Below are positions 19,356 through 29,668 of a DNA stretch of 64,000 bases, piece by piece. The stretch is from IMG/VR virus record IMGVR_UViG_3300032092_000001; one strand, given 5' to 3'. A program made the translations under genes and the position numbers. How positions within the stretch are numbered: the stretch's first letter is position 1; the number at the start of each line of letters is the position of its first letter. Source of the DNA: a virus. Lineage: Duplodnaviria > Caudoviricetes. Under the pieces are notes generated by a model. It had not been told where the DNA came from. It saw only the letters and a program-made list of their open reading frames with translations, and ran no database searches.

Positions 19356-20819
19356 TTATTTAATTATTTTTGACATGATGTCTTTCATTCTCATGAATTG
19401 AGGATTCTCATATGTCTTAGATTCAATCAAATTAATTGCTGAACCTGACTGAGGTGCCTTATCAATCGCTTTTTCAAAAGACTCATTCATGAATTGTTGA
19501 GTATTATTTCCACCCAACTCTTCTTTTATTGTTTTATACAAAGCCTTAGATTCTTTTAAAGATTCTGCAGAATCAAATCTTCTCAAAATGTTAATTTTTT
19601 CTTGCTTAGATGTAGAATGTTCTGTAAACAATCTTGTAGCATATGCTAAATTTGAATTAAATACAGCAACTTCGTTAAGTTTGTCTCTGAAAATATTCAA
19701 AGCCTTTCTGTATTCTTCGTTTTTAGCTCTTAACATTCCAACTTCTTCTTCAACACTCTCTTTGAAAACAAGGTTTCTGTTAGGAGTAATTCCTTTTCTT
19801 AATCCTCTACCTTCTTTAGAACCAAACCCATAAGTACGAGCCGCTTCTTTAGCTTCTTCTTTACTCATTTTTGGAGTTCTACCTTCCATACCGATAACCT
19901 CTTCTTTGAATTCAAATTTTGGTTTACCAGTACCCATAGTAGGATTACCTTTTTTCATTGTTTCTTTAAATCCGCCTTTAGATTTCTTGTAAGAGAATTT
20001 TGAAGCCGAACCTGTTTTAGCACCCTTACCAACTTTTGGTTTAGATGTTAATTTTGATTCCATCATATAATCTTCTTCATCCATCTCATCAGCTTCGTCC
20101 ATTTCAATTTCGTAAACTACTTCATCAGACTCTTCTTCTAAGTTTGACATTGCGTCTGAACCTGACATGAATAATACGTCTTCATCATCTGAATCCATAT
20201 CCATTTCATTGTCTGTTCCCATTTCATCATCAAATTCTAAGTCATACATGATTTCGTCTCCGTCATCATCTACATCATCAAATTCAAATTCAGAAGTGTG
20301 TGGAACTTTCTCAGATTCAAAATCTTCTTCAATCTCTTCAGTCCATTCTTCGTCCATTTCTTCTTCAGACTCAGTTTGGATTAAATACTCAGTATCTTCA
20401 TTGTCATCATTCAAATGAATATAATCATCATCCTGAACAACTGTGATACCATCTTCTGAAGACATTGCTTTGAAAACCTTCAATACCTCTTCATCAGAAG
20501 CGTCAGTTAAATCAATAGTTTCTTCGTCATCTGAATCCATGTCAATATCCATATCCATGTCATCGTCGTCATCGGCGATATCCATATCCATGTCTACATC
20601 CATATCCATGTCATCAGTATCAACTTGCATATCGTCACTGTCATCAGTGTCAATATCAAGTTCATCCTCGTCAGCCTCGTTTTTCATAGACTCTTTTACT
20701 AATTCGCTAATTTCTTCCTTCATAGTAGAAGCAAGTATTTCTTTTGCGTTTTCATTGATAGCTTCTTCCAAATTTTGGATTTGTACGATAGCTTCCTCAA
20801 CTAAGTTTTTTTCACTCAT
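19356..20819 (-). CDS. Prohead core scaffold, gp22-like, with long acidic region
   Basis: Lies between protease and MCP; LNEVAVFNSNLAYATRLF...K..ILRRFD C-terminus; very D/E/M-rich middle. Confidence 0.7.
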   Translation of the reverse strand: MSEKNLVEEAIVQIQNLEEAINENAKEILASTMKEEISELVKESMKNEADEDELDIDTDDSDDMQVDTDDMDMDVDMDMDIADDDDDMDMDIDMDSDDEETIDLTDASDEEVLKVFKAMSSEDGITVVQDDDYIHLNDDNEDTEYLIQTESEEEMDEEWTEEIEEDFESEKVPHTSEFEFDDVDDDGDEIMYDLEFDDEMGTDNEMDMDSDDEDVLFMSGSDAMSNLEEESDEVVYEIEMDEADEMDEEDYMMESKLTSKPKVGKGAKTGSASKFSYKKSKGGFKETMKKGNPTMGTGKPKFEFKEEVIGMEGRTPKMSKEEAKEAARTYGFGSKEGRGLRKGITPNRNLVFKESVEEEVGMLRAKNEEYRKALNIFRDKLNEVAVFNSNLAYATRLFTEHSTSKQEKINILRRFDSAESLKESKALYKTIKEELGGNNTQQFMNESFEKAIDKAPQSGSAINLIESKTYENPQFMRMKDIMSKIIK

Positions 20820-20887
20820 TATAGTATTTTATTGATAAATATATCATAGTGTGAAAAAATCTTATTTTTTAATGTTTAGGCATAAAT

Positions 20888-20909
20888 AAAGGGAGATTTC
20901 TCTCCCTTT
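20888..20909. terminator. Intrinsic terminator hairpin
   Basis: aaagggaga-tttc-tctcccttt. Confidence 0.7.
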
Positions 20910-20931
20910 ATTTTTTAAAATTGTTTTTTAA

Positions 20932-21147
20932 TTACTCAAAAATTTCATCAATTTTACTTTCAGCTACTGAGGTAATTCTCCAATCATAACTAAAAGACTC
21001 GTAAGCCTTTGTAACTTTTGCTTCAACATCGGTTACATTATAACCTTTAACAAGTTTTTCTTCTCTTACTTTTTTAATTTTTCCTGAGTTCTCATCTGGC
21101 AAGTCATATTGTACTTTTGCCACAAAATATTTTTCGTCTAGTTCCAT
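20932..21147 (-). CDS. Hypothetical protein in head module
   Basis: 71-aa ORF directly after the protease. Confidence 0.65.
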   Translation of the reverse strand: MELDEKYFVAKVQYDLPDENSGKIKKVREEKLVKGYNVTDVEAKVTKAYESFSYDWRITSVAESKIDEIFE

Positions 21148-21153
21148 AATATA

Positions 21154-21873
21154 TTATTTTCCTAAATAATCGGAAAGTTTACTCATTAAATCAAGCGATT
21201 TGTTTAAACCTCTAGCCGCTTTTTCTTCTTTTTCTTCCTGAAGGTTTTCTTCGTACTTATATCTGTCATTCGGGTCCGAAAAAAGATATGCCCCAGGAGT
21301 TGACGGAGACGACACTAAGTCAAAACAGATTAATTCAAAATCATCTTGAACTTCATTTCTATCTCCAACTTTTTTTAATGAACCAACACCTCTTGATGAT
21401 ATACCTAATGTAACACCAAGTCTTAATAAGTTAGCCGCTTGGTCTCCTTTAGTTGATACAATTCCTCTCTCATGGAATCCTGGTGAAGTAAGTAATAATA
21501 ATTTACCTAATAGTACATTACCGTCCCACCACATATCTGTAATAATGTGAGATACTCTATCTAAGTCAATCAAAGAAGATTCAGGGTGATTTAGTTCGGA
21601 TAATGCAGTTTTTCTACCAATATAATTTTTCTTATAATTTTCTGACTCTCTCTTTAATATTCTTTCAGGATATATTCTACCATTTCTATTTGGGGTGTCG
21701 TATTTTTGAAGTACCGCATAAAACTCAAAAGGTTTTGAGTAATCTTTAAAATCTTTACTCTCTTGTAAAAATTTTAAATTATTCATCTCACTTGGGGATA
21801 CATACCCCGCATCCATTTCAATTAGAATTCCTCTACCAATCTCAGTTGGACCTAATATCTTATAATTTTGCAT
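21154..21873 (-). CDS. gp21: Prohead core protease, T4 gp21-like
   Basis: NRNGRIYP, ELNHP, VSH.I, GISSRGVGS, DLVSSPS.PGA. Confidence 0.92.
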   Translation of the reverse strand: MQNYKILGPTEIGRGILIEMDAGYVSPSEMNNLKFLQESKDFKDYSKPFEFYAVLQKYDTPNRNGRIYPERILKRESENYKKNYIGRKTALSELNHPESSLIDLDRVSHIITDMWWDGNVLLGKLLLLTSPGFHERGIVSTKGDQAANLLRLGVTLGISSRGVGSLKKVGDRNEVQDDFELICFDLVSSPSTPGAYLFSDPNDRYKYEENLQEEKEEKAARGLNKSLDLMSKLSDYLGK

Positions 21874-21895
21874 TTTATCGTTTTATAGATAAATA

Positions 21896-22360
21896 CTAAT
21901 TATTTTCTATTTTTACTGTTTTTTGAGATTTAATTGTTTTAGTCAAATGAAATGTAAAACACCTGTTATATTTGAAATTATCTTTTTCAACTCCGTCAAT
22001 AATTGTTTTGACAAAGTTTCTAACTTCTTGTGATTTGAAATCTAATTGCTTTTTAACGAAGAAAGTAATTTCTAAATTCATAAATGACTTTTTATGAATT
22101 GAGATTCCGCTAGTTCTTAAATCTAAATCTACTATTGTCTTTGTTTCAAATAATAATGTATCAATTAATTCGTTAACTGTTGATTTAATGTTTTTTAATA
22201 ATATTGAGACGTGTCTATCCCAATTAAGTTCATCAGATATTGGTTCAACCCAAGTCTGTAAGTTTAAATAAATTGATTTTAAATTTTTTGAATCTACTGT
22301 TCCGTATCTACATTTGAAATTTTTATATCCCTTCAATTCACAAGATTTCCCTTTTTTCAT
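21896..22360 (-). CDS. Hypothetical protein in head module
   Basis: 154-aa ORF between portal and protease. Confidence 0.65.
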   Translation of the reverse strand: MKKGKSCELKGYKNFKCRYGTVDSKNLKSIYLNLQTWVEPISDELNWDRHVSILLKNIKSTVNELIDTLLFETKTIVDLDLRTSGISIHKKSFMNLEITFFVKKQLDFKSQEVRNFVKTIIDGVEKDNFKYNRCFTFHLTKTIKSQKTVKIENN

Positions 22361-22426
22361 CTATTCTTTTCATATACCGTTTATTTCTGTTAAAGTATAA
22401 TCCCCATTTGGTTTTCAGTCAAAAAA

Positions 22427-22449
22427 AAATCCGACATCTAGTCGGATTT
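22427..22449. terminator. Intrinsic terminator hairpin
   Basis: aaatccgac-atcta-gtcggattt with A-run on the left (T-run on minus strand). Confidence 0.65.
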
Positions 22450-22471
22450 ATAAAATTATTTTATATCTTTG

Positions 22472-23182
22472 TTAGATATTTTGGTTTAACTTCCAAAGTT
22501 TAACATACTCATCTTTTGAAATAATAGTTTTTTGAATTCTATCTTTAGTTTCTGTAAGTCTTTTATTTAATTCCTCGTCAGATTCATTAATTAGATTATC
22601 TAATTTTGAAATTGTATTCTCTTTAAGTTCCTCAAATTTAACTTTAAGAGTTTTATCGTCAACTGAAATTACATCTAAAACTTTTTGTCTATCTGATTCT
22701 GTTAGTGTTTCAAGATATTTTTTAGCGGTGTTATTAGCGACTTTCAATAATGTACTGATTGGAACCTTCGGTGTCTTATTTTCTTTAATAACTGAAATTT
22801 TATTTAATGACTCAACAATCTCCTTTCTAGCAATTGATTTCTTTTCAGGTTTAATTGTGTCACCGTAAATTAAATCGTCTATTTTACTATACTTATTTTC
22901 CTTTACAACATCACTAGTCCAAGACTTAATAAATTTAATAGTATTCTCATTTAACTTAACTGAATTAAATTCTTTTACTAAATCATCAATTAAATAATTT
23001 GCTGACTCTTTATCCAAACCTTTATTTTCATTTAGATTATCGTAAACGCTCATCATTTTACAAAAATCTTTATTTTTCAATAACTTAGTATTTAATAGTC
23101 TCATATCCTCTTTCAAATTATTCTTTTTGAAAGATTCCACTAATTTTGACTCAACCAATGTTTTTATTACTCCGAATCTCAT
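22472..23182 (-). CDS. Hypothetical helical protein, possible prohead core component
   Basis: Position after portal; several LVE/LNE/IKE sites; TATTTAT upstream. Confidence 0.5.
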   Translation of the reverse strand: MRFGVIKTLVESKLVESFKKNNLKEDMRLLNTKLLKNKDFCKMMSVYDNLNENKGLDKESANYLIDDLVKEFNSVKLNENTIKFIKSWTSDVVKENKYSKIDDLIYGDTIKPEKKSIARKEIVESLNKISVIKENKTPKVPISTLLKVANNTAKKYLETLTESDRQKVLDVISVDDKTLKVKFEELKENTISKLDNLINESDEELNKRLTETKDRIQKTIISKDEYVKLWKLNQNI

Positions 23183-23202
23183 TTTCTTTTTTATTATAAA
23201 TA

Positions 23203-25044
23203 CTAATTACGAAGTAGTTTATTCAATTCATTTTCCATTTCACCTAAAGATTTTTTTGCTTTAGATAAATCAATCACCTCATCTTCACCTAACATCCCTG
23301 TATTCTCTAATAAAATATTTAAACTTTCTTTATTAAAATCACTTTCAGGTACTGTTTCGCCTGCGGGTGCTTCGGCCGGTGCCGGTTCTTCAGATGGGGA
23401 TTCTAAACCTCCACCTAAATCACCAAAATCTGATGATGGTGGTGTTGGACCTCCATATGGTTCAGAACCACCCTCTGCAGGTTTAACTTCCTCAGTGTCT
23501 TTTTTACCATACAATTTGTCAATATTATCAAATAAACCTGTATGTGTAATAACTTCAGCAGTCTTTTTAAGTTCCTCACCAACAGCTTTTTCAATTCTTT
23601 GTTGTTGTAAATCAAGTTTAATTTCTTCATCTGAGAAACCAAGAATATGTTTTTTAGCCCATGATACTGATACAGGAGCAATACCATTTCCAGTATCTGC
23701 AACCATATCCTTATATAATAAGACTTTTTCTTTCCATACATCAATCTTCATCAAATCAGCCTGAGTTGATGGGTTTGTTAGACTTAGTTGGAAATTAGAA
23801 ATTTCATCTTCAAATCCTTTAATAAACAAATGTATGATTGCAATCTTATTTAATTCTTGCAACATACTTTTTTGAATTCTGTTGATGGTTCTTGCGAAAC
23901 GAATATCTTGTAAGGATAAGTTTTTACCGTCCCCAACAGTTTCTTCAAAACCTAAGAATGCTTTAGGTACTCTTAATGCTGTCAATAATTTCTTTTGAAT
24001 ATATTCAATATCCGCAATTTCTGATAAGTTTTGAGCTCCTGCCAATGTTTCAATCGGGGATGCTTGAGCTGGGTCCCTTACAGGTACAAAGAAGTCTTGG
24101 TCTACGGCCATTTGATTAAATCTCATGTCTACGTTACCTGTTTGATGGTCCACAACTTGAGAACGTTTAAACTTATTTGCAAATCTTTGGATATATGGTT
24201 CAACATCGGCGTCGTCCATATTACCAACAAATACTTTGAAAATTCTTCTTTCAGGTGCTCTTGATGTTCTATAGATTAACATAGCGTCTTCAGAAAGTAG
24301 TAACTGTTTCCAAATACGTCTAGCCTTTTCTAACATAGAAGTACCATACGGTAATCTTCTATCATCACCTAACAATCTAAAGTGAGCAACCTCCCATGTA
24401 TTAAATTCTAAATCTTTTTGCTTCCATTTAAATTTTAAATGTTTTTTTGTTGGGTCTGTTGTTGAATCGGTAGAGTGAGACCCCATACCCGCCTCCAATC
24501 TTTCAATTTCAACAATTGGCATTTGCATACATCCAACAATACCTTTTTCCGGGTCTAATTTTAAGTAAACAAAATTATCCCCATACTTACATGTGTTTCT
24601 AGTCCACATTGGTAGGTTTGTATTGATATCTAAAATATTGTTAAATAAGTCAGCAAGTATTGATTTAATTCGTCTTGATTCAGAATATATTTGTAACATA
24701 TATCCATCTTGATTGATGGTAGTTGACTCCTCAGCGTATATGTCTAATGCCGCTGAGATTTCAGGTGTAAACTCCATAGACTCATAATCATAAAACGATG
24801 CCAATCTTGTTGGTTCGTAATACGTGGCTTGAGTATATAAATTATTCTCAATCTTAGCCCATTGATTCGCTAAATAATAGGTTTGTTGGGCTTGTAATTT
24901 TTCTCTTTCGTAATCTTGTTTAGACGGAGTTTTTAATAACTCTTTCTTATCATATTTGTATGTAGGATAATCCTGACCCAAAAGAGAATTGGGTCCGAAT
25001 GTTTGTGATAACCTTTGCCAAACTGTTAGTTTATTTTCACTCAT
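23203..25044 (-). CDS. gp20: Portal protein, T4 gp20-like
   Basis: PEISAALDIYAEE, EDAMLIYRTSRAPERRIFKVFVGN, IETLAGAQNL, ALRVPKAFL, IRFARTINRIQ. Confidence 0.95.
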   Translation of the reverse strand: MSENKLTVWQRLSQTFGPNSLLGQDYPTYKYDKKELLKTPSKQDYEREKLQAQQTYYLANQWAKIENNLYTQATYYEPTRLASFYDYESMEFTPEISAALDIYAEESTTINQDGYMLQIYSESRRIKSILADLFNNILDINTNLPMWTRNTCKYGDNFVYLKLDPEKGIVGCMQMPIVEIERLEAGMGSHSTDSTTDPTKKHLKFKWKQKDLEFNTWEVAHFRLLGDDRRLPYGTSMLEKARRIWKQLLLSEDAMLIYRTSRAPERRIFKVFVGNMDDADVEPYIQRFANKFKRSQVVDHQTGNVDMRFNQMAVDQDFFVPVRDPAQASPIETLAGAQNLSEIADIEYIQKKLLTALRVPKAFLGFEETVGDGKNLSLQDIRFARTINRIQKSMLQELNKIAIIHLFIKGFEDEISNFQLSLTNPSTQADLMKIDVWKEKVLLYKDMVADTGNGIAPVSVSWAKKHILGFSDEEIKLDLQQQRIEKAVGEELKKTAEVITHTGLFDNIDKLYGKKDTEEVKPAEGGSEPYGGPTPPSSDFGDLGGGLESPSEEPAPAEAPAGETVPESDFNKESLNILLENTGMLGEDEVIDLSKAKKSLGEMENELNKLLRN

Positions 25045-25079
25045 ATCTAATTATAACTCATTAAAGTTCCCAATAAACC

Positions 25080-25196
25080 TTATTTTGAACTTTTTTTATC
25101 GCCTTCGGGTTTTTTTACCGAATTAACTCCTTGTCCAGGGACAACTAACTTAGTTGTCTGTATTTTACCTGATTTTCTTCTTTTTATGAATCCCAT
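25080..25196 (-). CDS. Small basic protein (38 aa, MGFIKRRKSGK...)
   Basis: ATG 1 nt after terminase stop; shorter than the ORF in the supplied track. Confidence 0.55.
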   Translation of the reverse strand: MGFIKRRKSGKIQTTKLVVPGQGVNSVKKPEGDKKSSK

Positions 25197-25197
25197 A

Positions 25198-26940
25198 TTA
25201 TAATCCTTTGAATAACCATAAATAGTTTTCATAATCCTTTTTTGTTGGTTGATTTCTATGTTGTTTGTTATCAACACCAACAATTGGATTAAAATATGAT
25301 GTTTGTTGTACGTCATTTGTATTAACAGTCCATGATTCCATCATTACCTTCGCTTGGTTCATATTCTTAGAAAGTTGGGTAAATGAAGACTCCCCAACGT
25401 ATATTGCCATTGCAGTTGACATAATTAAATCATCATGTTGTCCTTTTTGATGGTCCGGTCTCCCATTAATATACACAAAGGTGTGCATTTCGCCAAGTAA
25501 TCGTTTAGACCTAATTATAAAACCATGTCTTAAATATTCCTCATATGTTGCAATAATTTGAACCCTTTTAGCGTTAAAGTTAATTCCCGGAATCTTATCA
25601 TTTATTTTTGGGTCAAACTTCCATTTATTTGACATATCCACACCGTCAACATACATGTTTCTATAACCTAATTCTCTCAATCTTAATGAAGTTGTAACAC
25701 CCATACCACCTGTAATATCAATTACAATAAAGGCATTATACATATTACCCCATTTAAAACACACTTCTGCTAAAGTATCGGGAGGTAATTTACCAATAAA
25801 TTCGGCAACTTGTTCCCTACTATCAAAATCAATTATTTGAAATGTTGAAAAGTCCTCACTATCACCTCTACTCACGTCAACCCCCATAATATATTTTTTA
25901 CCAACTTCAGGTTCTTTCCAAATCCATAAACCTCCACCCATCATTGTAGTTTCAGGGTCTCTTAAATCGTCATTTTTAATCTTTTCAAGTAAATTTGAAT
26001 CAAATACGTTGTCACCAGAACCCAAGAATGCACATTCCAATTCCTGATTAACCTTTCTTTTGTCGTATTTTAACTTTTTAACCATTGACTCATACCAAGA
26101 TGAGGATGGTTTATACCCCTTATTAATTAATTCTCTAATCTCGTCAAATTTCTTTTCTTTCCCATTATAATCAATAATTTCAGTTTCTTGATATTCATGA
26201 CGATTTAAATAATAATGGATAATGTCTTTAACATTAATTAATTGTAAGTCCTTAGCATATCTTGGGTCTTTCCACCAAACCATTTCAGAGATTTTAAACT
26301 CATTCATACCTTTTAAGGCTTGGTCGTAAATTTCATAATAAATTGGGTCAAATCCATTTGGAGTTGATACTACAATTACTTTACCTCCAGTGGATAATGA
26401 CGCCATACAAGCCGCCCAAAAATCTTCATCAGCATCAATATATGCCGCCTCATCAAATATTAATATTGTTGGAGTATAACCACGTAAAGCATCTTTTGAT
26501 GTCGCAACGGCTTTAACCTCACATCCGTTTGTTAATTTGAAGTGTCTTTGTGAATTCTTCTCCACAGAGAAACCAACCCCAACCCAGCTCGGCCATTGGT
26601 CCGTAAACCCTCTAATTTTATTTGCAACTTCAACCGCAGTATCTAATTTATTCGCAATAATTAGAATCTTCTCAGGTTTATTTTTTTTAGCAAAAACTAA
26701 TCTTTTTGAAGACCAAGCAGCAGTAACTGTGGATACACCGGCTTGTCGGTATTTTAAAGCAATGTTTTCATTGTAATTTTCATAGTCCTCAACCAAACTA
26801 ACTTGGTCGGGAAATAGTTCTAATGGGACATATTTTTGTTGTGTATTATCATACGTCTGTAGATAAGTTTTCAAAGCATATGGTGTTGATTTCATACACT
26901 TTGCATATTCCATTAAAACAGCTTCTTTAGTTAAACTCAT
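25198..26940 (-). CDS. gp17: Terminase large subunit, gp17-like
   Basis: LKYRQAGVST, ILIFDEAA Walker B, STPNG, QELEC.F, MGVDVSRG, HDDLIMS; no intein seen. Confidence 0.93.
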   Translation of the reverse strand: MSLTKEAVLMEYAKCMKSTPYALKTYLQTYDNTQQKYVPLELFPDQVSLVEDYENYNENIALKYRQAGVSTVTAAWSSKRLVFAKKNKPEKILIIANKLDTAVEVANKIRGFTDQWPSWVGVGFSVEKNSQRHFKLTNGCEVKAVATSKDALRGYTPTILIFDEAAYIDADEDFWAACMASLSTGGKVIVVSTPNGFDPIYYEIYDQALKGMNEFKISEMVWWKDPRYAKDLQLINVKDIIHYYLNRHEYQETEIIDYNGKEKKFDEIRELINKGYKPSSSWYESMVKKLKYDKRKVNQELECAFLGSGDNVFDSNLLEKIKNDDLRDPETTMMGGGLWIWKEPEVGKKYIMGVDVSRGDSEDFSTFQIIDFDSREQVAEFIGKLPPDTLAEVCFKWGNMYNAFIVIDITGGMGVTTSLRLRELGYRNMYVDGVDMSNKWKFDPKINDKIPGINFNAKRVQIIATYEEYLRHGFIIRSKRLLGEMHTFVYINGRPDHQKGQHDDLIMSTAMAIYVGESSFTQLSKNMNQAKVMMESWTVNTNDVQQTSYFNPIVGVDNKQHRNQPTKKDYENYLWLFKGL

Positions 26941-26970
26941 ATAAAATAAATATACTAACCTGTTTTAAAT

Positions 26971-26998
26971 AATAAACCCCTCTATTGAGGGGTTTATT
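26971..26998. terminator. Intrinsic terminator hairpin
   Basis: aataaacccctc-tatt-gaggggtttatt. Confidence 0.7.
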
Positions 26999-28276
26999 CT
27001 ATCCTATTCCTAAACTCTTTAAGAAGTCGTCCATGTCGTCGTCATCATCATCTTCACCACCTATAGCATCTTCAAAGTCTTGTTGTTGTAACTCGTCTTT
27101 AATTTCTTGAACCATGTTAGCGACCATTTTCTTACCTCTTGCACTTCCTGACATAATTTCTTTTGCCATTTTGAAGAACTCAGTCGGTGTTAATTCCGCA
27201 AATTTAACCATGAAATATTGTTGTAAGTTTTTCTTATCGTCTTCAAATAACTCATCAGGATAAGCTTCTCTGAATTTTTCCCAAATAACAGGACCTAATC
27301 TCATATCCCAAATCTCACCAACAATTGTATCTTCAGATTTAAGAACCGCTTCTTGTCTTCTTTTATCTTGAGGTAATCCGTAAGTACCAGCAATTTCCAT
27401 AACACCTTTTGCCAATTCGTGAATTAAAATTGGTAAGTTAACACCACGAGCCTTAACAGTTGGTGGGTCAGTTTTAGCATCAAGTTCAGATTTACCATAT
27501 GTTGCTTGACCGCTACCTGCCATTCCTTGTACCATTGAGTCCGGCATTAACCAATATAATGAATCGGCAAATGACATAAACACACCATAAAGATTCAATA
27601 ATCTTGGGTTGATAGCATTTAATTCTCTATTTAACAACTCAAACATATATGAGGACTTTTTAGCCGCTCCTTGAATCAACGAGTTAATAAATCTTCTTTT
27701 CGCCTTTTCTAAATCAAATTTTTCAAACGCATCCATGAAGTCGTCAAGTTCTTCTTCATTTTCACCAAACATATCTTCAACTTCTTCTTCAGATGGTTGT
27801 TCTCCTTTTTGTTTAAATCCTTCAGAGTCAATATCACCAGGTTTTGTTAACTTGGCATCAAATTGCAATGCCCCTTCAGGTATTCCAAATTCTTTCTTAA
27901 TCAACTCAACGGCTAATTCCTCAAGATATTCTTGGTTTTCACTTTCAATCTGAGCAATCTCCTGCATACCTCTCATCACCATCATCTGTAATTGCATCAT
28001 TGCATTTTGAGATGTAATGTCTTGCATTCCTGTATATCTTTTAAGATTATTAACTACGTCTTTAAATCTTTTAGACGCAATTAATTCCTCAAATGAAGAT
28101 GGTGTGTTAGGACCTTCAGGGGTAATTTCAGGGAAACCTTTCATTGATGAAAAAGGAGTTTCTTTCTTTTCTATTTTTGATTGGATATCCGGTGACATTT
28201 TTTCAGGTCCCTCATAATCAATCGGAGCCTCATTAAGTCTTCTTCGTAATCTATTAACTAAATCTGTCTTATTCAT
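26999..28276 (-). CDS. Hypothetical acidic late protein (leader ...RRRLNE)
   Basis: 425-aa ORF; contains ILIHELAKG (HE-like motif, second His absent). Confidence 0.7.
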   Translation of the reverse strand: MNKTDLVNRLRRRLNEAPIDYEGPEKMSPDIQSKIEKKETPFSSMKGFPEITPEGPNTPSSFEELIASKRFKDVVNNLKRYTGMQDITSQNAMMQLQMMVMRGMQEIAQIESENQEYLEELAVELIKKEFGIPEGALQFDAKLTKPGDIDSEGFKQKGEQPSEEEVEDMFGENEEELDDFMDAFEKFDLEKAKRRFINSLIQGAAKKSSYMFELLNRELNAINPRLLNLYGVFMSFADSLYWLMPDSMVQGMAGSGQATYGKSELDAKTDPPTVKARGVNLPILIHELAKGVMEIAGTYGLPQDKRRQEAVLKSEDTIVGEIWDMRLGPVIWEKFREAYPDELFEDDKKNLQQYFMVKFAELTPTEFFKMAKEIMSGSARGKKMVANMVQEIKDELQQQDFEDAIGGEDDDDDDMDDFLKSLGIG

Positions 28277-28280
28277 CTTA

Positions 28281-29282
28281 TTAATCTTCCTTTAATTTTA
28301 TATTCATAGTATCAAACTTCAAAAAGTTTGGCAACTCACCTTTAGGTGATGGGTCAGTGTTCGGAGCTGGTTTAAATGGACTCTTTCTTTGTGGTGTTGT
28401 AGTTTTTTCCTTTTCCTTTGTTCTTTCTTTTTCTTTAGTCTTAGAACCTTTAGGTGCCGGGTCAGTGTTTGGTGCCGGTTTGAACGGACTTTTTCTCTGA
28501 GGAGTAGTCGTCTTTTCCTTTTCTTTAGTTCTTTCTTTTTCTTTAGTCTTAGAGTCTTCAGAAATCATTTTTTGATTTTTAATTGTTTCAAGTAAATCTT
28601 TCTTTGACATTTTAGGTCTCAAAGCATTTTCAACTAATTCCTCCATTTTCATTTCCAAAATGAATTCAAACGGATTTTTACCTTCTTTAATTTTTTCTTT
28701 AACACCTAAAACACATTTTTCGTATTTGTCAGTTTGTTTTTTAGTCCACTCACTTCTTTCAGTGGTACCAAACTTTTCACCCATAGTTGAGGTACAAATC
28801 GCCCAAGGGTTTTTCTTTTTATTCTTTTTATTTTCCATAATTCTTGATTCAGCAGCAACTTTAACTGAGCCACCCTCATACCTACCTCCCATAGCTTCTG
28901 CGGCTTTTATTTTATCTTTATCGTTACCAAAATTATATTCTAAATAACTACCATCCTGATTAACAGTTCTACATGTAGAACCATCAAATTTATTACCTCC
29001 GATGCTGGTACAAATCACTTCACCTGCTGATGAAAAAGGATAAACAGTGTCCGCTTCTCCTAATTCGGCAGAAACCTTTATTTTTCCATCACTAGAAACT
29101 TCATTACCTGTTTTTTCTTTGTAAAGTTTTCTATCTTCTTCTTTACTTAAATCATATTCGGTAGTCGCCTCTTTTATTACTTTTCTGTAAAGCAAATTTA
29201 ATTGAGATTCTGTTAACTTACTTAAAGTTTTTTTACTAAATCCCTCATTTAACATTTTTTGAATTTTAATTTTTGTACTCAT
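28281..29282 (-). CDS. Hypothetical multi-module protein with tandem 36-aa basic repeat
   Basis: LTESQL...IKE leader-like segment; NPWAIC and YEKCV module; two copies of SKTKEKERTKEKEKTTTPQRKSPFKPAPNTDP(A/S)PKG. Confidence 0.7.
   Translation of the reverse strand: MSTKIKIQKMLNEGFSKKTLSKLTESQLNLLYRKVIKEATTEYDLSKEEDRKLYKEKTGNEVSSDGKIKVSAELGEADTVYPFSSAGEVICTSIGGNKFDGSTCRTVNQDGSYLEYNFGNDKDKIKAAEAMGGRYEGGSVKVAAESRIMENKKNKKKNPWAICTSTMGEKFGTTERSEWTKKQTDKYEKCVLGVKEKIKEGKNPFEFILEMKMEELVENALRPKMSKKDLLETIKNQKMISEDSKTKEKERTKEKEKTTTPQRKSPFKPAPNTDPAPKGSKTKEKERTKEKEKTTTPQRKSPFKPAPNTDPSPKGELPNFLKFDTMNIKLKED
28338..28553. repeat. Tandem 108-bp coding repeat (2 copies)
   Basis: 28338-28445 vs 28446-28553: 16 differing codons, 15 synonymous by manual alignment. 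Confidence 0.9.
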
Positions 29283-29668
29283 CTTTTTTCAAATTCTTTA
29301 TAAAATTCAAGGATAATATCCTTTTCATATAATTTATCTTTAACTTCATCCTCAGTCATTCCATAATGAAAGACTAACCTATCCTCAATGTCTCTATCAC
29401 TCTCCCAAGCCAATGCAATTACATTATCAACCGCATCTTTCATACAAAAAAAATCGGAGTTCTGAATGAGCTCCATTTCTATGTCTTCTCTATTCAAAAC
29501 TCCAACTCTTCTAATTTTTTCAATCTCCGGTGAAGTTGGGTTTCCGTTTGCGGGATTTGTATCCCAATCGTCACCCCACACATCATTATTGTCTGAGAAA
29601 ATAAATTCATAAATTTTATTTCCTCTATAATTTGAACCTAATCCATTAACGAAAACTAAAAAACTCAT
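29279..29668 (-). CDS. Hypothetical protein
   Basis: 129-aa ORF with 4-nt overlaps on both sides. Confidence 0.7.
   Translation of the reverse strand: MSFLVFVNGLGSNYRGNKIYEFIFSDNNDVWGDDWDTNPANGNPTSPEIEKIRRVGVLNREDIEMELIQNSDFFCMKDAVDNVIALAWESDRDIEDRLVFHYGMTEDEVKDKLYEKDIILEFYKEFEKR

Noticed and set aside
19588-20835. Plus-strand Ser/Ile-rich ORFs (19588, 20167, 20443) and similar ones at 27735, 29957, 30299
   Set aside because: Antisense shadows of Asp/Glu/Met-rich genes (gat/gaa read as atc/ttc/tca)
25080-25316. 78-aa ORF as given in the track
   Set aside because: Its first half overlaps the terminase 3' end; the coupled ATG at 25196 gives a more plausible 38-aa protein
17490-26940. Introns or inteins in MCP, portal or terminase
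   Set aside because: Frames are continuous, with no intein C-terminal HN motif or embedded homing endonuclease recognised
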